A stretch of DNA of 64,000 bases, the filler included, from Basidiobolus ranarum (lineage: Eukaryota), in NCBI GenBank assembly GCA_040143965.1. It is 4 parts of 4 records of this genome, joined end to end, with 100 filler letters (N's around TTAATTAATTAA, not from the genome) between each part and the next. Parts side by side here need not be neighbours in the genome. Positions count along the whole stretch, not along the records: positions 1 to 16,737 come from JASJQH010000332.1; positions 16,838 to 33,571 come from JASJQH010000333.1; 2 more parts are not named here. One strand, given 5' to 3'. A program made the translations under genes and the position numbers. Shown piece after piece: positions 13,260-25,444 of the stretch; position 1 is the stretch's first letter, and the number at the start of each line of letters is the position of its first letter. Under the pieces are notes generated by a model. That model searched no databases. It saw only the letters and a list, made by a program, of their open reading frames with translations, and had not been told where the DNA came from.

Positions 13260-14797
13260 ATGGAGTACTTGCGTGAGATTTTGATTAACACAAAGGAAAC
13301 GTGCCAGCTATGCTACTCCTTTTTTCAAGCCTTCTGGTCTCGACAGCCTTTTGCCTTTGAGTTTCACTTGTTGCCCAAGGCTTTAAAAGCCATATCTTAC
13401 CGCGTAACTCTGTTTCTTCTTTGGCTGATTCGACATATCTCACCACCTGCATATTTTGTTGAGTTGGAGACCAGTGCCTTCTTACGCTCTAAGGCACTTT
13501 ACATCGCTTGTAAATTGAGGGTAGCTGATGTTCTAGAGAATGGACCTTTGGACATAAATACTCTGGCTAACCGAGTGAACTCAAACACTAAGCCGATGTG
13601 TATGTTTCTAGACTTTTTTTTGATAGGATTTCAACTAAATTAACACACCCTCTGTCCCATAGTGCGTCTTATGAGAGCGTTGGCCGGATTCGGGCTATTC
13701 AACGAGAATACGTTGAACGGCAATCTTATATACTCGAACAATCGTCACTCCCGTCTACTTCTATCAAGTAACCCCAAGACCCTGCTATATTATATTCTAC
13801 ATAAGTAACTGGCCCCATCTTTGTAAATCCTATGGCACTATGTTCACTCATCTTTTAATGCACTTAGAGGAAATGAATCATACGCGGCATCCGTGGATCT
13901 TGACAAAATGTTCAATATAGAGAATAAAGGGCAGACCGCCTTCAATAGCTACTTCAAAACCGACAGAAAATACTGGGATTGGCTAGAGGAGATCGAGAAT
14001 AAAGATAACCTGGACATCTTTGGTAACGCCATGGTGAGTATTGCCAACTGGAAAGGCAAAATAATTGCTACTGGTAAGCGCTCATACCGATATGATCTCG
14101 TCGCTTCATATGGAGCTTACTAACCTTACAATACAGAGTTCAATTGGTCACAATTCAGTCATAAGCTTCTGATTGATGTGGGAGGTGGGTTTGGCGGTGT
14201 ACTTAAATCTATCTTGGAGGTGCATCCTCAGATTCGAGCGACGATTTTTGACCGAGAGGCAGTCATTAGTTTATCTCGACAGGTTGACTTTGCTCTAGCC
14301 AGATACGAGTTTCTTCAACATTCATTGACCTTTCTTTCCATTAGGAGTGGGCAGTAAGGAATCACCATATTTCAGAGAATGTGACCTTTGTTGCAGGTAT
14401 TGCAATCATTCTATCCTTTGAGATTTAAAACCCTTCCTCAAAATAGTTTATGCTCCTAGGGGACTTTTTCAAGTCAGTTCCTTCGAATGGTGATGCGTAT
14501 CTTCTGTGCACTATCCTGCATGACTGGGATGACCTTTCTTGCATTAAGATTCTCAGGACGATAAAGAAATGCATGACCAAGCCACATGCAAGACTCTTTG
14601 TTCTGGAAATGATGGTCACATCTCCAATGACCGACATGGCCGTTGCTTATAGTGATCTTCAAATGATGATGATGGTGGATGGAAAGGAGCGCACTCCTAA
14701 AGAGTTGGCCTATCTCTTCCAGAAATCCGGATTTTCAATCCACAATATCCACCACCTGTCCAAAGGATATGGGTTAATCGAGGCGGCTTTACCATGA
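13260..14797 (+). CDS. SAM-dependent O-methyltransferase (Methyltransf_2 family with an N-terminal dimerisation domain), about 6 exons
   Basis: Motifs SKALYIACKLRVADVLENGP, RLMRALAGFGLF, LIDVGGGFG, GDFFKSVP..DAYLLCTILHDWDD, DLQMMMMVDGKERT. Confidence 0.9.
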
Positions 14798-16504
14798 GAT
14801 GACTACATTCGTAACCCCCTATCAGTTCATAAAAAACGGTTGATTTTCAAATTCTATTTTATTACTTTTATGTATTGCTATTCCAGTAGCCCTATTCAAT
14901 AAATATTTCCAGAATATTTGAAAATAGCTGGGGAGGGTGGCTTAGCTTGTCGGACTTTGCTTGATGTTTGATTAGATCTGCTGATTTATCCACAGCATCA
15001 ACCCCCGTGGAAGCTATCAGAACAAGTGATGTTCAATATGCTATATCTAATCGAAAATCATGTACTAATTCTATGGCTTCCATATTTGGCTTATGTCTAG
15101 CCGGAAGAAAAAATCCAATTGGAAATAGTTCCCATAATGATCAGATGTTTGTCTGGAGCGGACGCTTCGTACCAAAAAAATATGCAATTCCCAGAGTCAC
15201 TGGCCCAGTAAATAGTACCAGGAACTATGCTGAATAAAGAAGAAACTGGGATAGATGAATGGAATAGCTCAAAGGCATAAATACTAGAGACAAAATTTCC
15301 GCAAGTTAGAGAGCTCATCAGTATGAAAAAAACCTGATAAATGACTCGGTGAAGAGTATTTCACTATATATGAACTCTCCCAGCAATAGCTGAAGCCTCA
15401 AGCCTCTTTTGTTCTGTGTATGGATTTGTCAAAAGTGAAAAGCTAAATAGTTTAATTTATCCAAGACTGAGCTTAAAGAGCTACCGCAGTGATTGTAGAA
15501 GGATCATGTATACCGGCTTGGCAGTATCAATGAATATTTGAGACCAATGCCACCAGTAATATGTCAGCAATCATACTCCATAATACAATATGACAACTCC
15601 TAGCTATATTTCTCCGCAGTATGTGGATCCTAGTAAGTGCAGATCTACATAATTTAATGCTAGTAATGGCTTGCAAGAGGTGCGTATGGGGTTAGGTAGA
15701 AATTGTACTGGCACAATGGAGTAATCCGCTTTATAGTTTCAACATTGTATATTTAGTACAGGAGGATGATTCGAGTGATCAGCAGAATCCTAATTCAATA
15801 TCACTAAGTTCTGATGACCAATAACCTGTTGAAATATTAGAATCAAGCACCCAACCATCCATACATCTTGTTTAACATAGAGTTGCTGTTTATTTGGTTA
15901 ATATTTCGTTAGTCAAAATTGACACATATTTTGGATATATTTGACAAATATCGGAAATGCTCAAAAAGATAGTAATTTTTCAAACTAATCCAAAACTCCC
16001 CAAACTTTAACCCCCACTTTCTGAACACCATAGAGGCACATGCATGCCATTACTTCTTTTCACATCCAACATAAGTATAAATGCTTCTTTTCAATTTAAT
16101 AAAACAACAAGTGTAAACCACATATTTCTTCTGGTTATCCAAAACACTTCCAATTGATCTCAAATACTCAAAATATAAGCTATCCTGAAAGAACAAGTGC
16201 TCCTAAGGTAGTAGCGCTATGCTAATGTACTATGCCAATAGCTACCATTATTCCTTCTTGTAGTTGAGACCATATAGCTCAACTTGCCTTGAAGTCTGCA
16301 AAAATACCCAGTATCTTGGCTGGATACATATACTAAAGCCACAAGTGATACACAACTGATAAAATATTTTGGGAGTTGGTTGAAAGTGGTCTGGAGAACT
16401 AAAAAATTGGTGGTTTTCACTTATTGATTTATTGAGTAGAGAATTGATATTTATAGTTTTGTCAGGGCAGTAAGTTCCTCCTAAGGTGATATCTTGGTAA
16501 AATA

Positions 16505-16680
16505 TGGGATAACTATATACTAAGCTATATATGACTGTATAGGTGTTCAGGCTATGTTTATTTCAGCAATATTCACATATTCAATAAGTATTTACTAAGT
16601 ATTTTTAAGTCAGATATGTTGAAATCAGCATTGCCTAAACACCTATATAGTCATATATAGCTTAGTACTTAGTTATCTTA
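16505..16680. repeat. Imperfect inverted repeat (arms about 16505-16568 and 16617-16680, about 48-nt AT-rich spacer)
   Basis: gataactatatactaagctatatatgactgtataggtgttcaggctatgtttatttcagca is the diverged reverse complement of the start of the repeat unit. Confidence 0.85.
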
Positions 16681-16737
16681 TAATTCACTAAGATATTATC
16701 AATTATTCTCAATCGGAATTTACTTAGAAGTTCTCAG
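16617..16737 (+). repeat. Dispersed copy of the 292-bp repeat family found at 63500-64000, truncated by the assembly gap
   Basis: tgttgaaatcagcattgcctaaacacctatatagtcatatatagcttagtacttagttatc...ggaatttacttagaa is near-identical to the sequence from 63792 onward. Confidence 0.92.
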
Positions 16738-16837
16738 NNNNNNNNNNNNNNNNNNNNNNNNNNNNNNNNNNNNNNNNNNNNTTAATTAATTAANNNNNNN
16801 NNNNNNNNNNNNNNNNNNNNNNNNNNNNNNNNNNNNN
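16738..16837. other. Artificial assembly gap linker
   Basis: N44-TTAATTAATTAA-N44, which places stops in all six frames. Confidence 0.97.
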
Positions 16838-16960
16838 TGATTATAAAACCCATCCTTCATTCGTCCTGTCCGACAGTTGCGCGCGTCTCTTAAAGTTACA
16901 CCTTAATTTAATCATAACCTATCTTTACATCCACCTTCAACCCTTCTAAATCGTTGCAAG

Positions 16961-17927
16961 ATGATGAGTGGCAGTGATCCTCGCGAGAGTAATTACGACC
17001 CCCATGCAGTTCGAAGTGATTCTGACAATGCTCCGGATCTAGAGTTACACAAAAGTCCTCTCTACATTGGTGGACTGGCCCTAGCTACCGTATGTACTTC
17101 ATATTCATGTGTTTCAAAGTCGTCAACCAAATAACATTGCTCTTTTAGCTGGGCTGGATTATTTCATTTGTGTGTACCATTGTACTTGGGTCCTCTGGGT
17201 TCACATGGTTTGTCGTAGTATTCACCTTAGTTTTACTGCTCATGGCTATCGCTGCCTTGGTCACAAAATCCGTTTGGCACTATCGGTTTCCGGTAATTAT
17301 CAAATATTGATATCTGTATGTCGTTAGATGTCTGGCTCATGCTCCTTTTTTTAGCTATTAACCTTCACCGCTGCTGTCCTAGGTTTGTTGATTTTCCAGA
17401 TCGACGACACCATCTATGATAAGACGCGTTCTATCATAGCCCTAGGAGCGGGGTCACTTATAACTGCAGTTGGATTAGCTCCATGGCTATTCTTGTTCGG
17501 TCGAGATGATAATCCCGAATCAAGCGAGGTAGTCAATCACCAAGTAACTACTCATCGACAGCCCATGGTGCAAGCGAGAACCGATGCTACAATTCCACCT
17601 GTAGTCCCAGTAACCGCACCTGAAACTCCAACTGTAGCCCCAGTAACCTCACCTATAACTCCAACTGTAGCCCCAGTAACCTCACCTGTAACCCCAACTG
17701 TAACCGTAACTTCTCCGAAGCCCGTGAGTGCACCCTCTCATAGTCAATATCCGTATAGAGCTCAGGCGCTTTATGGCTATGAAGCGAGTCCTGATGATCC
17801 TAACGAAATATCGTTCTTAAAAGATGAAACCATCGATATAGCTGATACAAAAGGTAAATGGTGGCAAGCTAAAAAGGCAGATGGATCAATTGGAATTGTT
17901 CCAAGTAATTTTTTCCGGATTGTTTAA
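16961..17927 (+). CDS. SHO1: Second Sho1-like protein (4 TM, Pro/Thr-rich linker, SH3), 3 exons
   Basis: MMSGSDP...LALAT|LGWIISFVC...GFTWFVVVF...|LLTFTAAV...; SH3 RAQALYGYEASPDDPNEISFLKDE...KWWQAKKADGSIGIVPSNF. Introns at about 17090-17148 and 17292-17354. Confidence 0.88.
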
Positions 17928-18542
17928 CTATCTGAGCACCGTTTCCCTTGAAGATTAATGGGACAATTATTTCAGTGATTCAGTGACAGATGCGATCCCA
18001 CTTCTATTCCTTGTGGCAATAATAATCTATTTCATGTTAAATAATTTAAGGCAATAAACATGCTTATACATATGAACCTCCTTCATCACCGCTCAGCGAT
18101 TGACCACTTGATAGATATGTGTTTTTCGTTTAGTGCTGGATCTTAGTGACTAGCCATCATTATCAACATCGCCTAGGGTAGGAAACCCTAGTGTATCTAT
18201 CTGAAACTTAGACTTAACCTACATAACTAACTAGCACCAAGAGATTATTTGGTTCTCCCAGTTGATTCCCATAGCTTTACGAGTATTTTTTACTATCACT
18301 AAATAGCTCCGAGTCAAGATATGACCTAGAAAACTAATGGTGCCTCATGAAACCAGCGCATCCTTGATATTATGAAAAAAGATCCAAATTAATTGGTGTA
18401 AACAATCCCTTGATGTCAGTTAAATAATAAAGTATATGATTGGATACTAACATACAAACAGTATTGACATAATCACTTCATATTTCTCATTGATTTTTGC
18501 AATCTTACCGATATTTCCATCTTTACTACTTTCGATTATATC

Positions 18543-19847
18543 ATGGCACCACTTCCAAGTCTTAATCGTTTTAGAAAATTCGAACTTGCAGGTAGGTTAG
18601 AGTAATATAGGAGAAATTATCTTTATCTTTGCCTGTATTAACCAAAAATCTCTTAGAAATCGCTCAAGCTCTCGGCTTATCAACTGAAGGACTTCGTCCC
18701 GATCTTGAGGCTAGGATTAAGTATGTCACCTCTTACAACATTTATCAAAGCTTCCTATTTAACACGCTTATTTATCAGGGCTTATCTCAATGAAAATGAC
18801 ATAAGTGACAACCCAGATATAGTTTCCTTACTCAATGCTCCACGCGTCGCCACTCCACGTAAACGCGTAGGTAGATCAACCAGCCCTTCTAGTACCAGAT
18901 CCACACGCTCTGCCACGCGTACAAAAAGCGTGTAAGAATCTTTAGATAGAGTTCATTGTTTTAGTACTCTTTGCTAATCCGGCTTATTCCCGACAGTGAA
19001 CCTGAAACATTGGCTTCCAAACTGACCTTTAGAGGTCGTCAACAAGAATCTTCTGAGCCTGAAGATAAACAACCAGTTAAATACGAAATACCAGAAAAAC
19101 AAGAATTCTTCATTGATGCACCCGAATCTGAGAAGCTCAAAAGGATGTTTAAATACGAGGACCCACTTGCCTCTTCCGAAAAAGAGTCACCCTCTAAGTC
19201 CACAACTCTCGATACTACTATCATCGAGACGAAGACGGTCACTGAAACAGTAACCCAATCACAGACTATCTCCTATAAGGTAACTTTATGTCGTGTCTAG
19301 ATTGTGCACCTATTTGTTAACGTTATATTCATGTTCGTTTAGAATTCCCAAGTTTGGAGTGTTATCTTGTTTTTATTTGCTGTAGAACTGATATCCCTTG
19401 TTTACTCTTCCTTTCATGCTAGAGATGTGAGTTTTGCTTTATTCTTCGGCTTCCATCTCATCTTAGAATATATACTAATTTAATGATTAGGCAGAATCAA
19501 GTCACTTTCGTTGGGAGTTATATCCTCATTTCATACTGACACTTCCTGACATTCCCAGCTTACTCACTAGTCCAGAGTTTTGGAGACCGGCAGGTGCTTG
19601 GCTTGTAGTACTAGTCATCGTTCCTTTCGTAATATCAGGCGTTTTTAATGTGGAAAGAGATCACCCTATGTTCAGTTCGCTTACATTTGCAGTTGCTCGA
19701 TCTGCCATCATTTACGGTTTGAAAGATAGAGCTGATGTCTTTGGTCAGCTCTACGAACTCATTCCTATGTACTTGCTACATTTTACCTGTGCTATTGGAC
19801 TTATTTTGGCTACTTATCGTGGGGTTAGCAAGTCTTCGATTTGCTAA
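18543..19847 (+). CDS. Conserved fungal membrane protein with an N-terminal SAP/HeH-like helical motif and a C-terminal multi-TM region (multi-exon)
   Basis: MAPLPSLNRFRKFELA|EIAQALGLSTEGLRPDLEARIK|AYLNEN..., a low-complexity middle, then LLTSPEFWRPAGAWLVVLVIVPFVISGVFN...FSSLTFAVARSAIIY. Canonical introns. Confidence 0.7.
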
Positions 19848-20194
19848 AGATTTTCATCATACACTTGGTATTGAGCTACTCTTTGAATCGTCAACTCCAC
19901 CTTCTCTTTTTTGATATACCTTGTTCATTTTTGACGCACAGACATGAATCCGTCCCAATTATCCAAGGGAATTTGGATTTTTTTTGTAAGATATTCCTTT
20001 TACCATTTGCTCTGTAAACTTAGGGAGAAATAAATTAAAAAATCCACAAGTCAATTTTTCTATGCATATAAGTGAGATCAGGGTCAACGGTGAAAAATTC
20101 AGAGTACCATAGTTTTCACCAGACGAAATCTTCTCAACAATTCATTAAAATAATTGCTACAATTACATTAGATTGGTATCTCTCTAGTCATATC

Positions 20195-20880
20195 ATGTTC
20201 AAACCAACTGTTGCCTTGTGCCGTCAACTCACTTTAGGTTTACTTAAGCCAGATCTCTGCGCTAACCCAATCGCTGTTAGCCAAATTCAGAAACGCATTC
20301 GTGAAGCAAACTTCGAAGTAGTCGAAACTAAAGATCTAGTATGGACTAAATCAGAGGCCGAAAAATTCTACAGTGAACATGAAGGAAAGTTCTTTTTCGA
20401 AAGATTGGTTGGGTATATGACCAGGTAGGCTTTTAAGTATTACTAAAGATAAATTTAATGTTAGCTAAAATTCGGTTCTATGAAAAGTGGCCCATTTCAA
20501 GCACTTATTCTCTCCAAAGATAACGCCATTAAGGACTGGCGCAGTTTAATTGGTCCTACTCATCCAGTCAGGTTGGTTGTCAAGTTCCGTTGGCCTTTTC
20601 CTTGTATATTAATTCTCACAGTCTAAATTTTAATGCGCAGAGCTAGTATCAACGCTCCAGATACTTTGCGCTCAATTTATGGTCTAACTGATACCCGCAA
20701 TTCTTTCCATGGTTCAGGTAAATTGGAATTATCCTTTGTACGGGTTCTCACTAGACTTTCTAATTTGTGATTTGTTTTTCAGACTCGGATGAAACCGCCA
20801 AACGCGAGATAGAAATATTTTTCCCTGAATTCGACGTAGAACAGTGGAGAACTAAAGAGAAAAAGGATTCCTCTTCCTAA
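20195..20880 (+). CDS. NME6: Nucleoside diphosphate kinase, NME6-like (group II), 4 exons
   Basis: QLTLGLLKPD...FYSEHEGKFFFERLVGYMT|SGPF...WRSLIGPT...|...LRSIYGLTDTRNSFHGS|DS, with the catalytic His present. Confidence 0.88.
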
Positions 20881-22210
20881 TATTTAGATGAACTTTTTAC
20901 ACATTAGAGACTTATCATACTCTATCATCTCTCATTATCTGTACGAATTGAACTTTACATTTTTACATTCTTTCAAACCAATGGAAACATCTTGTTCATT
21001 GAATACATACCAACTTCTTAAGCATTGAACTTTCTTCATAGTAGTTTCATATTGATCTAACAAAAGCGACAGCGTAATCTCATATGAAGGGTGCTTACTA
21101 ATTGCTGAAACAACACACCATACTGACGTATCATCTGGTTGATTCCAATCAGCATAGCAGTATACTGTGATTGTAATGTTTGATAGCCATTGCCAATTCA
21201 ATTGGGCAGACACGTTTTCTCAGCTAGAATCTGTTGGAAAGGTGTTTAGCTTTATGTTTGATGGTTTCAATGAGAATATCCTTTGCTTAAGGATCAACGA
21301 AGTGCTAACATACTGAGTGAGAAGTGGTTGTTATTCGCTTGATTGTTGCCATTTTCGATACTACGAACTAGTGCATATTGAATTGAAGGAAGGCGTCAAC
21401 AGTGAACACTCGACAATCGTACATGCTTCCAAGGGATTACCTCTATTTGGGGCTTGCTTGAGGATTTTCACTCCCGCATCGCTAGCGATGGGGAGCTTAG
21501 TGATATACAGAGAGTACACACACCCCAGGATATTTCATATACATTCGAATTGATCACATGAAAACGCAATGGTCAATGTATGCGTCTAACCTTTCCGCAG
21601 CCGTCTGATTGATGTATGAAAGTGAAATGAATTCTCATGAGATAGTTAGATAGGTAAAAGTCGCATTTCGCTAGTTGTGCATTATAAGCTGCTCATTGTT
21701 CATCACATGGCACTGAGAAAACAAATGGAATCTGTCGACGATGCAATACATACATCCTCTATCTAAGTTCAAGGTAAGCAACACTCGGGAGTTTGAATCA
21801 TTGTAGCTGCGTTGATCATAATCATTGCCACTTGGATATTCTTTGGATCCAATAGGTCTAATGAACTTGTATGTGCTGATCACGATCGCGCACATCTTGG
21901 TCCTATTTATTCCCTCATCGATGGAAAAATTGTAAGCAAAGATTGTTGCTAGCGTAAGAAGTGGTCAGATTGCTCCCTGATCAACTGAATGCTCATGTCA
22001 TTCTATCAAACCTTGCATCCCTCAGCCTATGCGCTTATTGATCGGTCAACCAAAATCAAGTCTCCACAATGATGGTTCCCTAAGCGATAGGATGCGCATA
22101 CTTGCATACAATGTCCGTAAAATGAGTATTTAAGTAGCCGCCACCTTCATTACACTTGAACTCATTTCTGATAGAAGATTCACATTTAATTCATTGCTAA
22201 CTAAAACACG

Positions 22211-22654
22211 ATGAAGCTTTCCATCATTCTAGCCACTCTATCGATAGCCTTCATCGCACTAACAAGTGCCCAAGATATGGAGATTGATGTGTTGGAAGAT
22301 TTAGGCTCGAATGAGGACACTCAAAGCGTAACACCAATATTTAACAGCCCACATCCCAGCTCAAGTCTTGCACCTACACCTGCATCCAAAACAGCTGCTC
22401 CTCATGGCTCTTCAAATTCAATCAACAAAAACTCCAAACCTGCACCAACAGTAAATATCCCCGCTGGTCAGTCATCATTCTCACTGGTATGGACCACTCC
22501 CGTAACCACCCCCTCCGGCACCCGTACTAACCTTTGGTCCACCCAAACTGCGGCCCTTCGCCCCAGCTTTGGTGCTAAAGTGGAGCCTTGGATGTATAGC
22601 CACATGATGCTTGGTGGACTAGTGTGGATGTTTTGGAACGAAGGAAGAATTTAG
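22211..22654 (+). CDS. Small secreted Ser/Thr/Pro-rich protein, probably GPI-anchored
   Basis: Signal peptide MKLSIILATLSIAFIALTSA, S/T/P-rich body, hydrophobic C-terminus. Confidence 0.75.
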   Translation: MKLSIILATLSIAFIALTSAQDMEIDVLEDLGSNEDTQSVTPIFNSPHPSSSLAPTPASKTAAPHGSSNSINKNSKPAPTVNIPAGQSSFSLVWTTPVTTPSGTRTNLWSTQTAALRPSFGAKVEPWMYSHMMLGGLVWMFWNEGRI

Positions 22655-23339
22655 TAGAGTAGGAAAGACCATCCACTGATACACTTTAGAATGTTATACT
22701 CTTTGATTATACAATATAACACTGACACCACCTAACTCCACTTCTTTTATGATTCCTCTCTCAAATGAATTTTGAAATTTTGTTTATCTTTGTATTAATG
22801 GCATTGACAAAAATGAAATCAACCGTGCTGCTAGTTTCCTTTATCGGGTTCGAGATTCTTTTTGGTTCGTTGGACTTGTCTTCGGCACATGATATCATAT
22901 ATTGATGCAATAAAATCTTGTTTTACCCATTTAATTACTGCTCACATCAACAAAATCTCTATCATCATTCAGTACATTCAAAATCTCTGGGAAACTACAT
23001 CCAAGTAAGATTCTACCACAGACAAGAAACCAAGTTGTTCTGCTCGTTGTTTACAGAGTCACGTGTGGATGACGATGGTTAGCATGCGATTTGTTGTGAA
23101 TGGGTCCACAACAACAAGTTACATAGAGAGTACTTGCGAACTGTGGAAACATGAAGCAAGTATTTGCATTAGCCAATTATACATGTATCACAAACACTGC
23201 TCGTCTCTGATAGACAGAGTATATAAAGTAGAGACCATCCAAGAATGCTAGTAAGCCAATACTCCTCAGCAATTACACTAACGTCTCTTGAAGTGCTCAT
23301 ACATACAACGTAGCTCAGTAAGTTCTATTTTCTTTAGTT

Positions 23340-23825
23340 ATGAAAGCTTGGTGGATAGGAGTCGTGATAGTTCTTCATGTGAGTCCATTGTTATCACAAG
23401 AACTATCGCCCAGTTCCTCGAATGAAATTGATTCTTTGAAAGAGTTGTCCGAAGTAAACACAAGCACGATTCCCGAATTGTCAAATAGTGAGAATTCCGA
23501 GTCAATTCCAACTAATCCATTAGATACCAACTTAGAAATCTCCCCAAGTAACAGTGGGTCGATCGAGCATGTGGAGACCGTGATATCGCATGTATCAGGA
23601 ACACCTACAAGTTCAACCTCCATATCGATGGTGTTGACGTCTTCAGCCGCTCAAGGTGCGAACCATGCTTCCGCAACACCATTTCGCACTCCACACCCAT
23701 CTGCCACCACTTCTGGTAGAATCACTCAAACGATCTTGCAATCAGGCAGTTCTAGTCTTTTTGTTTCCTTGTTAGTATGGCTTGCGGTGTCCTTCTCTAT
23801 AGCAATCTGTTTACCACTTGTTTGA
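23340..23825 (+). CDS. Small secreted Ser/Thr-rich protein, probably GPI-anchored
   Basis: Signal peptide, S/T-rich body, and SGSSS followed by a hydrophobic tail. TATATAAA at about 23220. Confidence 0.8.
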   Translation: MKAWWIGVVIVLHVSPLLSQELSPSSSNEIDSLKELSEVNTSTIPELSNSENSESIPTNPLDTNLEISPSNSGSIEHVETVISHVSGTPTSSTSISMVLTSSAAQGANHASATPFRTPHPSATTSGRITQTILQSGSSSLFVSLLVWLAVSFSIAICLPLV

Positions 23826-24746
23826 TTTATCAATACCTTGTATCTTTCCTCGTCCTACTGTTACACCTGAAATTTCCCAATCTTATTTAATAAAAATTCC
23901 TTGAATACGATCAGCAAATCCCAAACACAAAGTTAGAGAATCGATGAAATAGGAATGGGAATGCAAATCGAATAACCACGCTATCATGACCAAAGTAGAG
24001 GTGACCAATCTCTACGAATGGATTTCAACAGTATCCAAATTGGTTCAATCAGAGCATATGCCCGTAGAGTGAGTGGCAAGAGCAAGCGCTCAAGTCTTCC
24101 TGCAATCATGGGAAAAATACATATTGGACCGACTGATTTAGATGGTCAATTCAGTTATACGGGGTTTCAGCCCATGGCTATATCGATTTCTCCTTTCTTT
24201 TTCGGCGTCAAGTTCTTGGGACCACTCCTCGTGTGATCCCTATGACTAGAGATTTTGGAGATGGGCGGGACAAGTGTCTTCAACATCGATTCCCAGTATC
24301 TCGTCTCCGAAACATATGCCCTACTTCCACTTTCTATTATAGTAATGGCCCGATCAAATACGAGTTCAGGATTCATCGGTTTGCGATGGATTAGTCTTCA
24401 ATTCTCATTTAACAACCTTATCCGGCGAACCAGCAGTCGATATTCACCGCTTTTATGTAATCTGAGTGATCTTATTATTGTAAATTGCATTACAGCCTTG
24501 ATGAATTATTCCATCCTGTGGAACATGCTGATCGTGTGTGTAACAAACAAGAGTCATCGACGATTACAATGACTGTAAGTTCTATCCTGGGTTCCATTGT
24601 TGAGGGGAAACAAATTGAATTATGTTACAGGTTTCGCTTGACTCTGGGTTGTCCAGCGTTGGAATTCTATATATATACATACCTCGGTGTGGATCTTGTA
24701 TAGCTTGTGATTCCTTTCTCACTTCTAATCTAACAAGTCAACTATC

Positions 24747-25220
24747 ATGAAATTCTTTGGACCCACCACCGTTGTACTCTTCCTCAGCATTTGCACGTTT
24801 AGTGAATTCTCTTCTGCCCAAAACATCCAGTCAGCTATCCAGTCCGTGGCCGAAAAGATCCCTTCTGGGGTAGGATCGGCCTGGAACTCCGTGACCGGAG
24901 TTGTCGGCTCTGCGATTGCTACCGGCGCTTCTAGGGGTGCAGATCTGGGTGCTAGTGCTACTTCCGTAATAGGGCCTGAAGCTACCGGGATTGCATCCTC
25001 AGTAGTACAGGGTGCTTCTTCACTTGGTTCAGTTATCAACTCTGGTGTATCTAAAGCTACCTCGGATATTCAAAGTGCAGTGTCCTCAGTCAGATCACAG
25101 GTCTCTGCTACTTTGAATCCTTCAGTAACCCCCACCACTACACCCAACGTCAGTAACTGCCTATTGCCAAACGTGGTGTTGTTGCTAAGCGTACTCTGTT
25201 TAGCTAACCAATTTTATTAA
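24747..25220 (+). CDS. Small secreted Ser/Ala/Gly-rich protein, probably GPI-anchored
   Basis: Signal peptide, amphipathic S/A/G/V body, and hydrophobic C-terminal tail. TATA-like run at about 24668. Confidence 0.8.
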   Translation: MKFFGPTTVVLFLSICTFSEFSSAQNIQSAIQSVAEKIPSGVGSAWNSVTGVVGSAIATGASRGADLGASATSVIGPEATGIASSVVQGASSLGSVINSGVSKATSDIQSAVSSVRSQVSATLNPSVTPTTTPNVSNCLLPNVVLLLSVLCLANQFY

Positions 25221-25444
25221 ACTCTCGATCACGAAAGGCCAAATCCATTACCAAGTGAATCATGTTATCTATCTTGGCCATGGTCTTAGCATTACTCATA
25301 CAACTCTCATCATCTAAATAAGAAATAAAGGATTATCAATTAAAAGTCAAGCGCGCTCGGTCATATGTCTTATAAGGACATTAGCATATGCAGCTTTTAT
25401 GAGTGCGTGTGCGAATATACAAGTACTTTATTAGAGCTTGATTT

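Noticed and set aside
14960-16450. Fragmentary coding-like sequence beside the repeat (possible decayed transposase)
   Set aside because: No transposase, RT or Fanzor motif could be recognised in any frame I read.
16782-16793. TTAATTAATTAA palindrome as a biological site (e.g. piggyBac TTAA or PacI)
   Set aside because: Centred identically in all three N-runs, so it is an assembly linker.
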